Assembly: GCA_041660565.1 (NCBI GenBank)
Contig: JBAZWC010000002.1
Location: 20,315-84,314, forward strand
Direction: 5' to 3'
DNA length: 64,000 nt
DNA from: Patescibacteria group bacterium
GTDB lineage: Bacteria > Patescibacteriota > UBA1384 > CAJBMM01
Each line of letters opens with the position of its first letter. The stretch's first letter is position 1. Both the position numbers and the translations under genes were made by a program. Below the pieces are notes generated by a model. That model made no database searches. It was not told where the DNA came from and worked only from the letters and a program-made list of their open reading frames with translations. Positions 36,972 to 46,347 of the stretch are shown here, in pieces.

Positions 36972-38444
36972 ATGAAAATAAATATCACCGCCACCTCGGC
37001 CAGTCGCGCCGAAACCGACCTATTGGTCATTGGCCTAATAGACCAGCCTAAATTACCTGATTCGATTTTAGAGCTGGGCAACGCGATGACCGAAATAATC
37101 GATGGCCTGGTAAAACGTAAATTAGTGAAAAAAGAAGCCAAATTTGTCTTCATTTTCCCCACCTTGCACAAAATCCCCGCTAAAAACATCGCGTTAGTGG
37201 GTTTGGGCAAGAAAAACAAACTGAATGCCAATTTGATGCGTGAAATTGGTGGCATTATCACATCTGCTGCGGCGCAGCATCACCTTACTCACCTTACTAT
37301 CAGCCCAGAATTGCTTAGCTTTCCCGCTGCAACACTTGAAGGATTACTTCTGGCCAATTATCAATTTCACGAATTCAAAACCAAACATTCGCCGAATTTA
37401 ATCAAATCAATCAAACAAATTGATCTAACAGTTTTAGAAAACCAGCAAAAAGATTATCAAAAAATTGTTCACCAGGTTGAAACTGCCGTAAATGCCACCA
37501 AATTTGCTCGGGATTTAGTTAATCGCCCACCGTCTCTTATGCACCCGCAAGCCATAGCGCAAGCGGCAAGCGACCTCGCCAAATCTGGCGTTATCACCAC
37601 TACTGTTTTTGATCGCACTAAATTAGCCAAAATGGGCGCCGGGGCAATTTTGGCAGTGGCCCAGGGCTCGCAATTTGATCCATATTTAATTCATTTGGAG
37701 TATTCTCCCGCCAACGCCAAAAAATCGGTCGCGTTAGTGGGTAAAGGCGTTACCTTTGATTCGGGCGGGCTATCACTTAAACCTTCTGCCAGTATGGAAG
37801 ATATGAAATCAGACATGGCCGGCGCCGCCACCGTGCTCGGAGTATTCAAAGCGTTAGCTGACTTAAAACCAAGCGTCCATGTGTATGGCGTTATTCCAGT
37901 GGTGGAAAATATGATTTCAGACAAATCAATTAGAGTTGGCGATATTGTTTCTACCTTAAGCGGCAAAACGGTGGAGATTATGAATACTGATGCCGAAGGG
38001 CGGCTGATTCTAGCCGATGCCTTAACCTACGCCGAAAAACTTCAGCCAGACGCTATCATCGATTTTGCCACTCTAACCGGCGCTTGCATTGTGGCACTGG
38101 GCGATAGCTTTGCCGGATTGATGACGCGAAACTCTGACATGGAAAAAAGCCTGCTACAATCATCAATTTTAACCGACGAAAAACTATGGCCATTGCCGTT
38201 ACCGGAAATCTACATCGATAAAATGAAAAGCAGTGTGGCTGATTTGTCCAATATTCATAAGGGTAACGGGGGAGGCGCGATAATGGGCGGGCTGTTTTTG
38301 CAACAGTTTGTAAATAAAACCCCGTTTGCGCACATCGATATTGCCGGCCCGTCTTTTGGTAAAGAGAACATAAACAGCTTTACCCCTGCTGGCGCTAGTG
38401 GATTTGGGGTAAGGTTGATGTTAGATTGGCTTGATAATATATAA
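36972..38444 (+). CDS. pepA: leucyl aminopeptidase (M17 family)
   Basis: NTDAEGRLILADAL active-site signature, with VGKGVTFDSGG. Confidence 0.9.
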   Translation: MKINITATSASRAETDLLVIGLIDQPKLPDSILELGNAMTEIIDGLVKRKLVKKEAKFVFIFPTLHKIPAKNIALVGLGKKNKLNANLMREIGGIITSAAAQHHLTHLTISPELLSFPAATLEGLLLANYQFHEFKTKHSPNLIKSIKQIDLTVLENQQKDYQKIVHQVETAVNATKFARDLVNRPPSLMHPQAIAQAASDLAKSGVITTTVFDRTKLAKMGAGAILAVAQGSQFDPYLIHLEYSPANAKKSVALVGKGVTFDSGGLSLKPSASMEDMKSDMAGAATVLGVFKALADLKPSVHVYGVIPVVENMISDKSIRVGDIVSTLSGKTVEIMNTDAEGRLILADALTYAEKLQPDAIIDFATLTGACIVALGDSFAGLMTRNSDMEKSLLQSSILTDEKLWPLPLPEIYIDKMKSSVADLSNIHKGNGGGAIMGGLFLQQFVNKTPFAHIDIAGPSFGKENINSFTPAGASGFGVRLMLDWLDNI

Positions 38445-38531
38445 AAGAAACGTGGCCGGAAACGCATATTGTAAAAATGTTAGTTTTGTGATATAAAAAT
38501 AGTATCCGCCCGATATTCCAAGGAGGCAACG

Positions 38532-38732
38532 ATGACTGACACCATACTAAGCCTGGGTCAAGTTGTGCAAGTTGACGTCCGTGGGAAAGGAAGACGCGGG
38601 CACATTCAGACGCTACAGCCAGACAAATGCATCGTCTGGCTCGACAAGGACCCGGACATTGGAGACGAACCCGTCAAGCAGCGCGCCGTCGAGCTACCGT
38701 TGACCAGCGAGGCAATCCGTCCCTATGCCTAG
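38532..38732 (+). CDS. small hypothetical protein (66 aa) in a ~250-bp GC-rich islet
   Basis: RBS CAAGGAGGCAACG before the ATG. It is followed by the terminator GACCCGTCGCGACGATTGCGGCGGGTC + TTTTTT at 38747-38790. Confidence 0.45.
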   Translation: MTDTILSLGQVVQVDVRGKGRRGHIQTLQPDKCIVWLDKDPDIGDEPVKQRAVELPLTSEAIRPYA

Positions 38733-38746
38733 GAGCACTCAACCAT

Positions 38747-38790
38747 GACCCGTCGCGACGATTGCGGCGGGTCTGATTCTTTTTTACATA
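38747..38790 (+). terminator. rho-independent terminator
   Basis: GC-rich hairpin followed by TGATTCTTTTTT. Confidence 0.6.
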
Positions 38791-38827
38791 GATTCCGGAT
38801 CTAGTCCGGAATGACAGCTAGTAATAT

Positions 38828-39487
38828 TTATTTCGTGTTTTTGATCGCGTCATCTAGGGCTTTTTTGAGCTCGGGATAGGCATATGAGCCGGTATATTTT
38901 ACCCCGTTAATATAAAAAGTCGGTGTGGCTTCAACGCTGGCGGCAATACCATCGTTATAGTCTCGGTCAATTTTTGATTTATAAGTATTGGCTTGCACCG
39001 ATGCTTTAAGCTTATCTACGTCTAACCCCAACGTAGACGCATATCCGCTAAAAATATCCAGTGGGGCAGAGGAATCGCTCCATTCTGATTGTTTTGAATA
39101 GAGCATATCGTGCATCTGCCAAAACTTACCTTGTGCCCCGGCTGCTTCGGCAGTTTCGGACGCAACCAGTGCGTTGGCGTGATAAGACAACGGGAAATTA
39201 CGAAAAACATAGGTAACGCTATCTTTATAGTCACTGGCAATTTGGCTGATGATCGGAGCGGCCTGTCCACACGCCGGACATTCGTAATCTGCAAACTCTA
39301 CCAGCGTTACTTTTTTGATGTCAGATGTAGATTTATACGAATCGCTTTTAATTAGAACAGATTGATCTACTTTTCCAGAAGAGCTGGTTGTGCTGGGCTT
39401 TGAACTAAACATTAGCACACCAAGCACCAAAAGAATCGCCATCCCGGCGATGGTAAGAATTGAACTAGTATCATTTTTTTTACTCAT
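38828..39487 (-). CDS. DsbA-like thiol:disulfide oxidoreductase with an N-terminal membrane anchor
   Basis: CPAC active site (YECPACGQ) in a thioredoxin-like domain. N-terminal TM helix. Confidence 0.75.
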   Translation of the reverse strand: MSKKNDTSSILTIAGMAILLVLGVLMFSSKPSTTSSSGKVDQSVLIKSDSYKSTSDIKKVTLVEFADYECPACGQAAPIISQIASDYKDSVTYVFRNFPLSYHANALVASETAEAAGAQGKFWQMHDMLYSKQSEWSDSSAPLDIFSGYASTLGLDVDKLKASVQANTYKSKIDRDYNDGIAASVEATPTFYINGVKYTGSYAYPELKKALDDAIKNTK

Positions 39488-39539
39488 TGCGGCCTTTCGT
39501 TCGATACGAGTATCTTATCAAAATTACGAGATAATGAAA

Positions 39540-39627
39540 GTAGGGGCGGGTCTCGCCCCGCCCGCGGGCGGAACGCTGAGCGTCCCATTGCCCCGCTCAG
39601 TGTGGCGGACATGTTAGTCCGCCCCTA
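39540..39627. mobile_element. MITE-like element, family C (GTAGGGGCGG ... GGCGGACATGTTAGTCCGCCCCTAC)
   Basis: 10-bp terminal inverted repeat GTAGGGGCGG / CCGCCCCTAC. The internal GC-clamp hairpin GGGCGGACATGTTAGTCCGCCC is also present as fragments at 5430-5450 and 21052-21075. Confidence 0.55.
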
Positions 39628-39670
39628 CGAAGCTCATTATGCAGGATTTTGTCCGAGATGACAGCACGGA

Positions 39671-40420
39671 GTGAAAAATGCTATTATTAGATCGATGAAC
39701 ATTGTAGAAGTTAAAAATTTAACCAAAAATTATGGCAAAAACACCGCCGTTGATGACATTAGTTTTGAGGTACAAGAAAAAGAAATTTTCGCGCTCATTG
39801 GCCCAAACGGGGCCGGAAAATCAACCACGCTGCGCGTACTAGCCACCCTTTTATCACCAAGCGGCGGGTCTGCCACTATCGCCGGTTTCGACGTGCACAA
39901 GCAGGCCGATAAAGTGCGTGAAGTAATTTCATATTTGCCCGAAGAAGCCGGTGCGTATAAAAATCTATCCGGCATTGGTTATTTTAATTTTATGGCCGGG
40001 CTATATTTTGACGATAATCATAAACGCAAAGAGGCGGTTGACTTTGCTCGCGAAATTTCTGGGCTAGAGAACAGATTAAAAGATAAAATTAGCACCTATT
40101 CCAAAGGAATGTCGCGCAAGATTTTGCTAGCTCGCACCGTTATGACCAAACCAAAATTAGCGATATTGGACGAACCAACCAGCGGGTTAGATGTCATAAA
40201 CGCTTTTGCCATTAGAAATATTATTAAAAAATTGTCAGAGCATGGCATGTCGGTTTTGCTCTCTAGCCATAATATGTTAGAGATCGAATTTTTGTCTGAT
40301 CGTGTTGGTTTAATTAATAAAGGCAAGATATTAGAGATTGGCACGTCTAAACAGTTGAAAGAAAAATACCATGCAAATAATTTGGAAGAGGTTTTTGTGA
40401 AGATGGTTGAGGAGAAATGA
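39671..40420 (+). CDS. ABC transporter ATP-binding protein (ABC-2 subfamily); start GTG-39671 or ATG-39695
   Basis: GPNGAGKST Walker A, LSGGM-like signature region and ILDEPT Walker B. Confidence 0.8.
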   Translation: MKNAIIRSMNIVEVKNLTKNYGKNTAVDDISFEVQEKEIFALIGPNGAGKSTTLRVLATLLSPSGGSATIAGFDVHKQADKVREVISYLPEEAGAYKNLSGIGYFNFMAGLYFDDNHKRKEAVDFAREISGLENRLKDKISTYSKGMSRKILLARTVMTKPKLAILDEPTSGLDVINAFAIRNIIKKLSEHGMSVLLSSHNMLEIEFLSDRVGLINKGKILEIGTSKQLKEKYHANNLEEVFVKMVEEK

Positions 40421-41706
40421 AAAAATTTTGGGTCTTGTTAAAAAAAGAGGTCAAAGAATTAATCACTCCTATTATGGTAGTGCCACTTTTGGCTACGGTG
40501 GTATTGTTTATGGGTATTGGCAAAGTGTCCGATATCGAAGCAACCAAAGCCAAAACCCAACCGATCGAAATTGCGGTCATTGATCAAGATTCAACCGCCG
40601 CCTCCGCCGAAATTATTACCGGGCTAAAATCAGCCAAATACATCGTTAACTTGCCAACAGACTCGGTTCAGAACGTGCTTGACACCGCCAACAGCAACAA
40701 AAACGTAGCAATTATCATTATTCCAGCCGGATTCGGCAACAACATTCTCAGCGGTACAAATGGACAGATTGAGTTTTATTCGGTGGTCAAAAGCCTGTCT
40801 GCCACTGCCAGCCGAAATCAGCAAACCGTTAAGGCCATCATTCAACTAATCAACGAGCAGGTAAGCAACTCAATCATCAAATCTCAAAGCTCGTTTAATC
40901 CTAACTTTGTCAAACAACCAATCGTTACTTCTGATCACATTATTGTCGGCGATAAAAATGCACCAATTAGCATGGATCAGATGATGGCAGTGGTGCAAAA
41001 TCAAACCTATTTTATTCCAATCATTTTATTCTTAGTGATTATTATTGCGGCGCAACTAATTGCCACCTCGGTAGCCACCGAAAAAGAGAACAAGACACTG
41101 GAAACGCTGCTTTCAACCCCAATTAGCCGTCGGGCGATTGTAACCGCCAAACTAATGGCAGCCGGAATTGTGGCAGGATTGTTTGCGGTTGTATATTTAA
41201 TTGGCATGCGTTCGTACATGAACGGGCTGTCTGGTGGTGCTTTAACCGCCGGTCAATCCGCAGACGTTTCGAATGCCCTGCACACCCTTGGGCTAACCTT
41301 TGGCACTACACAATATATATTGCTTGGACTAACGCTATTCCTAGGCATATTGTGCGCGCTGGCGGTAGCCTTAATTTTGGGCGCGTTCGCCGAGGACGCC
41401 AAAAGTATTCAGGGGATAATTACGCCGTTAATGATTTTGGTGATGATTCCATATTTTTTGGTTTTAATATTGGATTTCAACTCACTTAGTCCGGCGATAA
41501 AATGGGCGGTTTACGCCATCCCGTTTGCTCACCCGTTTTTGGCGGTGCAAGCGATATCTCTGCACCAATACAGTTCGGTCATTTACGGCATCATTTATCA
41601 AGCAATTGTGTTTGTGATATTTGTTTCAATCGCTGCCCGTATTTTTTCGACTGATTTGATTGTTACCTTAAAATTAAATTTCAATAAAAAGGTCAAGAAT
41701 AATTGA
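40417..41706 (+). CDS. ABC-2 family transporter permease
   Basis: Overlaps the ATPase stop by 4 nt. N-terminal TM helix, large extracytoplasmic loop, then a C-terminal bundle of about 5 TM helices. Confidence 0.6.
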   Translation: MKKFWVLLKKEVKELITPIMVVPLLATVVLFMGIGKVSDIEATKAKTQPIEIAVIDQDSTAASAEIITGLKSAKYIVNLPTDSVQNVLDTANSNKNVAIIIIPAGFGNNILSGTNGQIEFYSVVKSLSATASRNQQTVKAIIQLINEQVSNSIIKSQSSFNPNFVKQPIVTSDHIIVGDKNAPISMDQMMAVVQNQTYFIPIILFLVIIIAAQLIATSVATEKENKTLETLLSTPISRRAIVTAKLMAAGIVAGLFAVVYLIGMRSYMNGLSGGALTAGQSADVSNALHTLGLTFGTTQYILLGLTLFLGILCALAVALILGAFAEDAKSIQGIITPLMILVMIPYFLVLILDFNSLSPAIKWAVYAIPFAHPFLAVQAISLHQYSSVIYGIIYQAIVFVIFVSIAARIFSTDLIVTLKLNFNKKVKNN

Positions 41707-43460
41707 AAAAACTACTCTTTGTATTCATTTTTGCACTCTGCCTTGTTCCAACCAAAACTTTAGCCGCAGACACCGGCTGGACTATTACCAGTTTTAACTC
41801 AGACGCAAATATCCAAACAGACGGAACCGTATTGTTTAAAGAAACTATTGCGGTAGATTTTGAAAGCGCCAAACACGGCATCTATCGTGAAATTCCTTAT
41901 ATTTATCGAAACAGTGATAAAACGACATATACCAAAGTAGATATACAGTCTGTACTAATTGATCAGCAAGGCGAGCAGTTTACCTCTAGCAAGAACGGTG
42001 ATTATGTTGAATTAAAAATTGGCAACCCTAATCAAACAATCACTGGCAAGCATACTTACGACCTAACATATGTTGTTACCGGTATTTTACTTGGCTATGC
42101 AGACTACGACGAGCTTTATTGGAACGTCACCGGAAATCAATGGGCTGTCCCAATAGAGCATGCCACCGCCAGCGTTACATTACCATTAGACGGCATGGTT
42201 CAATCTAGCTGCTACGTAGGGGCAGCCGGATCAACCGAAAGCTGCACCAAAAACGAGACTTCGTCCGGAAAAGTTACATTTAGTTCAACAAAGGTATTGA
42301 ACCCGGAAGAACAACTGACATACGCGGTGGCTTTTATTAAAGAGATGGTGCCGCTGTTGACGGTTTCGTCGGACAACCAAACTCATTCCGATAGTTTTTA
42401 TGCTGCAATGATTGGCACATTTTTACTGGTATTAATAATTGGTCCGGCAATGCTAGTTCGAAAGTGGTGGAAAAACGGGCGAGACCGAAAACTAATTAAA
42501 ACCGCCAACAGTCAAATTGAGTCTAGCGTGGGCTTGTTTGAACACGAAACCATTGCCCCCGAGTTTGCCCCGCCTCTAAACTTACGTCCGGCCGAAATGA
42601 ATGCGGTGTTAACCGAGAGAACAAAGCCAGCTGGCATTGCCGCCACTATCGTAGATCTTGCCGCTCGCGGGTATCTGACCATTACCGATCAGCCGAAAAC
42701 AAACATTTTTAGCCGAGTAAATTTTGTAATGACTAAAACTGACAAGGTACCAAGCGATCTCTCTGAGTACGAAAAATATTTATATGACCAGCTTTTCCTT
42801 GGCCGAAATGAAATATCGACCAACGAGCTAAGCCGAAAATTTGTCACGCAAACACTGGAGATTAATAAACTAATCATGAACAAGGTTACTACAGATCAAT
42901 ACTTTACCGGCAACCCAGATGTTGTCCGCCGTCGCTATCTAATATGGGGGATAGTTTTGGCGTGCCTATCACCATTTTTAGTCTATTTTACCATCTTTAT
43001 TGGACCGGAGTTTGTGAACGCGGTAGCTTATGGACTAGCTGCGGGGCTAACCATTTTCGGTGCTTTTATGGCGATATTTGCTTACGCCATGCCGGCAAAA
43101 ACCGCACTTGGACACGAAACGGCCAATAAAATTTTAGGATACAAAATGTTTATTGGTTCAACCGAAAAATATCGGGCCAAATTTATGGAAAATAATAATA
43201 TCTTTATCGATGTCCTGCCGTATGCAATCGTGTTTGGGTTGACAGATAAGTTGGCTAAGGCCTGTGCCGAGATGGGAATTGAGCCGAACAACCCAACTTG
43301 GTATCGTTCATCTACCGCGTTTAATATGATGGCATTTTCGACCTCAATGAACAGTTTTTCCACTTCAATGAATGCAGCCGCCGCCCCATCTGGTTCCGGT
43401 AGTGGCGGTGGAGGATTTAGTGGGGGAGGATTTGGCGGTGGCGGTGGAGGAAGTTGGTAA
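41703..43460 (+). CDS. DUF2207-family membrane protein (signal peptide, extracellular domain, TM segments, Gly-rich C-terminal tail)
   Basis: C-terminal GSGSGGGGFSGGGFGGGGGGSW tail characteristic of the family. Overlaps the upstream permease by 4 nt. Confidence 0.55.
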   Translation: MKKLLFVFIFALCLVPTKTLAADTGWTITSFNSDANIQTDGTVLFKETIAVDFESAKHGIYREIPYIYRNSDKTTYTKVDIQSVLIDQQGEQFTSSKNGDYVELKIGNPNQTITGKHTYDLTYVVTGILLGYADYDELYWNVTGNQWAVPIEHATASVTLPLDGMVQSSCYVGAAGSTESCTKNETSSGKVTFSSTKVLNPEEQLTYAVAFIKEMVPLLTVSSDNQTHSDSFYAAMIGTFLLVLIIGPAMLVRKWWKNGRDRKLIKTANSQIESSVGLFEHETIAPEFAPPLNLRPAEMNAVLTERTKPAGIAATIVDLAARGYLTITDQPKTNIFSRVNFVMTKTDKVPSDLSEYEKYLYDQLFLGRNEISTNELSRKFVTQTLEINKLIMNKVTTDQYFTGNPDVVRRRYLIWGIVLACLSPFLVYFTIFIGPEFVNAVAYGLAAGLTIFGAFMAIFAYAMPAKTALGHETANKILGYKMFIGSTEKYRAKFMENNNIFIDVLPYAIVFGLTDKLAKACAEMGIEPNNPTWYRSSTAFNMMAFSTSMNSFSTSMNAAAAPSGSGSGGGGFSGGGFGGGGGGSW

Positions 43461-43603
43461 ATCAGAAAATAGATGATCGATTTTTCGCGTTCGAACGGAG
43501 AGAGAACTAATCAGAACAACGCCGGAAAGTTCTCGTTTCACTCGAACAAGAATGTATAACCTGTCATTCCGGAAAAAATCTCTGAATCTATATAAAAAAA
43601 GAA

Positions 43604-43643
43604 GAAGCGCGGGTGGCCGGTTTGGCCCTCGCGCTCTTTTGAG
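43604..43643. terminator. bidirectional rho-independent terminator (GCGCGGGTGGCC-ggtttg-GGCCCTCGCGC with T-tracts on both strands)
   Basis: Seen in sequence. It separates the DUF2207 gene (+) from the paralog array (-). Confidence 0.55.
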
Positions 43644-43647
43644 TTGA

Positions 43648-43907
43648 TCACGCCCCATGACGATGACGCCGATAGTCGATGAGGCAAGGAATGAACCACA
43701 CAAGCGCCAACCAGCGACCCCTGTATGTCTTAGCCGCAAACATGTGGATCATGACGGATAGACAATAGGCCGCGCCCAGCATCACGATTCCGATCGAGAT
43801 CCAACCGCGAGACCAGAGCGCCCCCATATGATGCCATCCCCCGATTACCCACAGTATGATCGCGGCCATCACCGGCGCGATCCACGACTTCCAGCATGCG
43901 AGCATCC
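43648..43907 (-). CDS. small 2-TM membrane protein, paralog 3 of a tandem triplet (GC-rich islet)
   Basis: ATG at 43907 preceded by GGGAGG. Shares G(A/S)AYC...M...W(P/F) blocks with the two upstream genes. Confidence 0.5.
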
Positions 43908-44162
43908 TCAGGCCTCCCGTGAACAACGTCGCTTGCGGCGATCATTGAGCCACAGCTTGGGCCAAACAAAAGCCGTGAAAACCCGTTTGGGATCAACGGT
44001 GCCGATAAACGCCATCGTTATCGAGCAATATGCCGAGCCGGCGACATACAACACCAGTAGCAACCATCGGCCGTCGTTCCATCGCGAGGATACAAGATCC
44101 CAGCCTGCAACCAGGAAGAACACGAACCAGAGCAGAGACACCACCTTCATTCGCCAAGTCAT
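43908..44162 (-). CDS. small 2-TM membrane protein, paralog 2
   Basis: RBS GGGAGGG. YVAGSAYCSITMAFIG...FVWPKLWLNDRR aligns with paralogs 1 and 3. Its stop abuts the start of paralog 3. Confidence 0.5.
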   Translation of the reverse strand: MTWRMKVVSLLWFVFFLVAGWDLVSSRWNDGRWLLLVLYVAGSAYCSITMAFIGTVDPKRVFTAFVWPKLWLNDRRKRRCSREA

Positions 44163-44201
44163 TGCGTTTCCCTCCCGGGAGTCAAAACGGTAGTGGCCGT
44201 G

Positions 44202-44456
44202 TTAGGCCGATCGGTAATGATTGCGTATTTGCAGGTAGACGGTGTATGGCCACAAAAACGCCTCGATCCTGCCCTTGTCGTCGTCAGCACCAAGCATACA
44301 TATCACCGTCATTGGAACGTATATGCACGCCAACGCGCCCACCACTTGCCAGAACGCCTGACAATCAAGGATGCCGTTGCACCATCCGTTATCCGCAACC
44401 AACAGTGCAACAAGAACGAGAGCTGGAGCAGCCAAAGGCCAACTACGCACAAGCAT
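44202..44456 (-). CDS. small 2-TM membrane protein, paralog 1
   Basis: RBS AAGGAGGG. ALACIYVPMTVICMLG...FLWPYTVYLQIR aligns with the other two. Confidence 0.5.
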   Translation of the reverse strand: MLVRSWPLAAPALVLVALLVADNGWCNGILDCQAFWQVVGALACIYVPMTVICMLGADDDKGRIEAFLWPYTVYLQIRNHYRSA

Positions 44457-44609
44457 TGTACACCCTCCTTGCCGCAGAGTAGGGAAGTGCTGACCATAAT
44501 ATACCCTAAATTGAGGTAAATGTCACGGCATTCCCTCGTTATCCTTCAAAATCCTTAGTAATCCCTTAGTCCGACGAGACGGTCGAGTGGGGGATTGTCA
44601 AAAAACTTT

Positions 44610-45491
44610 TTACAAAACTATTTTTTCTTGTTCAACGGTAATTTTTTGTAATGAATAAAAATTCATTTTTTTAAGAAGATAAATTATTAGTGAATTCAAA
44701 ACTAATACCAGCTGAAGAGCGATCTTGCCCACGAAAACCGCTAGTGAGAACATAATGTAAGCCACAGTCAGTGGGAGATAGCGCCCTACCCCACTAATAA
44801 TTTCTTTTTCTTTACTACCAATAATTGTAGTTATAATATCTGGACGCTCGTTTATTGTCTCGTTGCCGGTTAGGTTCAAGTCCCCTATCCCCAGCTTGTC
44901 TAGTAGCTCTTGTCTAACATCTGCCGGCAATTCAGCGTCAATTGGTTGGTTTGCAAGAACATTAATGGTTTGGTTGACCGTTAAATTAGGATTAAAACTG
45001 GGCACCACCATTTGGATTATCTTAACTTCATATTTATATGGGATGTTGATACCATTTTTCAAGTTCTGTACCTGTGGTGCAGAGTAAGAGACTACCGCAA
45101 TCACCACCGCCAGGCCCCAAAACAACAGCGATAAACTCTTATTCGCAATTTGATCTACCTGTGGCTTAATATAGAACTGCTTAGTCCTAATTGAGGTTGA
45201 TATTCCCACGTACATTAAGATTGCTAAAAGCACCGTACCTAATAAAATGTATAAATTAAACGGCACGAATAGCAATAAAATTGCAGATGACAAAATAACG
45301 GCAAAGATATTAAACACCCAATCATCCAGCAAAACCGTCACAATACCAAAACATAGAGGCATAACCAAAAAAGTAAGAATCAAACTATAATAATGACCGT
45401 TTAAGGCCGCGTGTAATCCGTAAAATGAAATAAATGAAGACAACGCCAGCAAAAACACAAGCGCTGTTTTTTTGACTATTGAATTGCCCAT
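44610..45491 (-). CDS. hypothetical polytopic membrane protein
   Basis: 293 aa, several hydrophobic helices. No family recognised. Confidence 0.45.
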   Translation of the reverse strand: MGNSIVKKTALVFLLALSSFISFYGLHAALNGHYYSLILTFLVMPLCFGIVTVLLDDWVFNIFAVILSSAILLLFVPFNLYILLGTVLLAILMYVGISTSIRTKQFYIKPQVDQIANKSLSLLFWGLAVVIAVVSYSAPQVQNLKNGINIPYKYEVKIIQMVVPSFNPNLTVNQTINVLANQPIDAELPADVRQELLDKLGIGDLNLTGNETINERPDIITTIIGSKEKEIISGVGRYLPLTVAYIMFSLAVFVGKIALQLVLVLNSLIIYLLKKMNFYSLQKITVEQEKIVL

Positions 45492-45506
45492 TCCCCTCCT
45501 TTGACC

Positions 45507-46313
45507 TTATTTCGAATAGTGAGCCAATGAACTAGAGATAAACAACGCTAGCGCCACCACCACAATTGTTCCCCCACTAGCTAGGTTGGCGTAATACGAC
45601 AAGAATAATCCCAAAGTTACCGCTACCAGCGATAAAATAACCGCATAGCCCATTACTTGCTTAAACGATTTGGCTAAACTGGTGGCGGTAATGACCGGAA
45701 TAACCATCAATGCACCGATTAACAATGCTCCCACAATACGCATCGCTAACGCAATTGTGATTGCTGCTAGCACCACCAAAATTACATTAATTATGCCGGT
45801 TTTGATCCCAGAAGCCTGTGCATAATCTTCATCATACGAAATTAAGAAAAATTGGCGATAAAATAAGGCAATACAGATAATAGTAATGATACCGAGCGCT
45901 GCAGACACATACACATCGGTGTTAGTGATAGTAGTGATGCTACCAAACAGATAGCTGAACAGGTTGGCGTTAAAACCTTTGGCCAAACTGACCAAAACCG
46001 TGGCAATGGCCAGGCTACCGGACAGAAACAACGCCAATAGTGATTCGTTATAATATCGGTTTGATTTGCGCAAAAATTCGATAAAAATCGCTGCAACCAC
46101 CGCGGTAAATAGTGCAACATAAAACGGATAAACGTTTATTAGTAACCCAATGGCCACGCCCATCAACGACACGTGCGCCAAGGTGTCGGCAAACAATGAG
46201 TAGCGCTTGACCACCAAAAACGATCCGATCATCGGCGCGGTTACCGCAATAATTAAGCCGGCAACGAACGCCCGAATCATAAAATCGTATTGAAATATCT
46301 CTAACATAATCAC
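45507..46313 (-). CDS. znuB: metal (Zn/Mn) ABC transporter permease, ABC-3 family
   Basis: Typical 8-TM ABC-3 permease. Adjacent to its ATPase and binding-protein partners. Confidence 0.75.
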   Translation of the reverse strand: MIMLEIFQYDFMIRAFVAGLIIAVTAPMIGSFLVVKRYSLFADTLAHVSLMGVAIGLLINVYPFYVALFTAVVAAIFIEFLRKSNRYYNESLLALFLSGSLAIATVLVSLAKGFNANLFSYLFGSITTITNTDVYVSAALGIITIICIALFYRQFFLISYDEDYAQASGIKTGIINVILVVLAAITIALAMRIVGALLIGALMVIPVITATSLAKSFKQVMGYAVILSLVAVTLGLFLSYYANLASGGTIVVVALALFISSSLAHYSK

Positions 46314-46347
46314 CTTGGTTTTAAAATTGTAAATTTAAAATTGGCCA

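Noticed and set aside
44030-44519. Plus-strand ORFs of 150 and 108 aa overlapping the 2-TM paralog array
   Set aside because: Antisense artefacts with Arg/Pro-rich low-complexity translations. The minus-strand genes each have GGAGG sites and align to each other.
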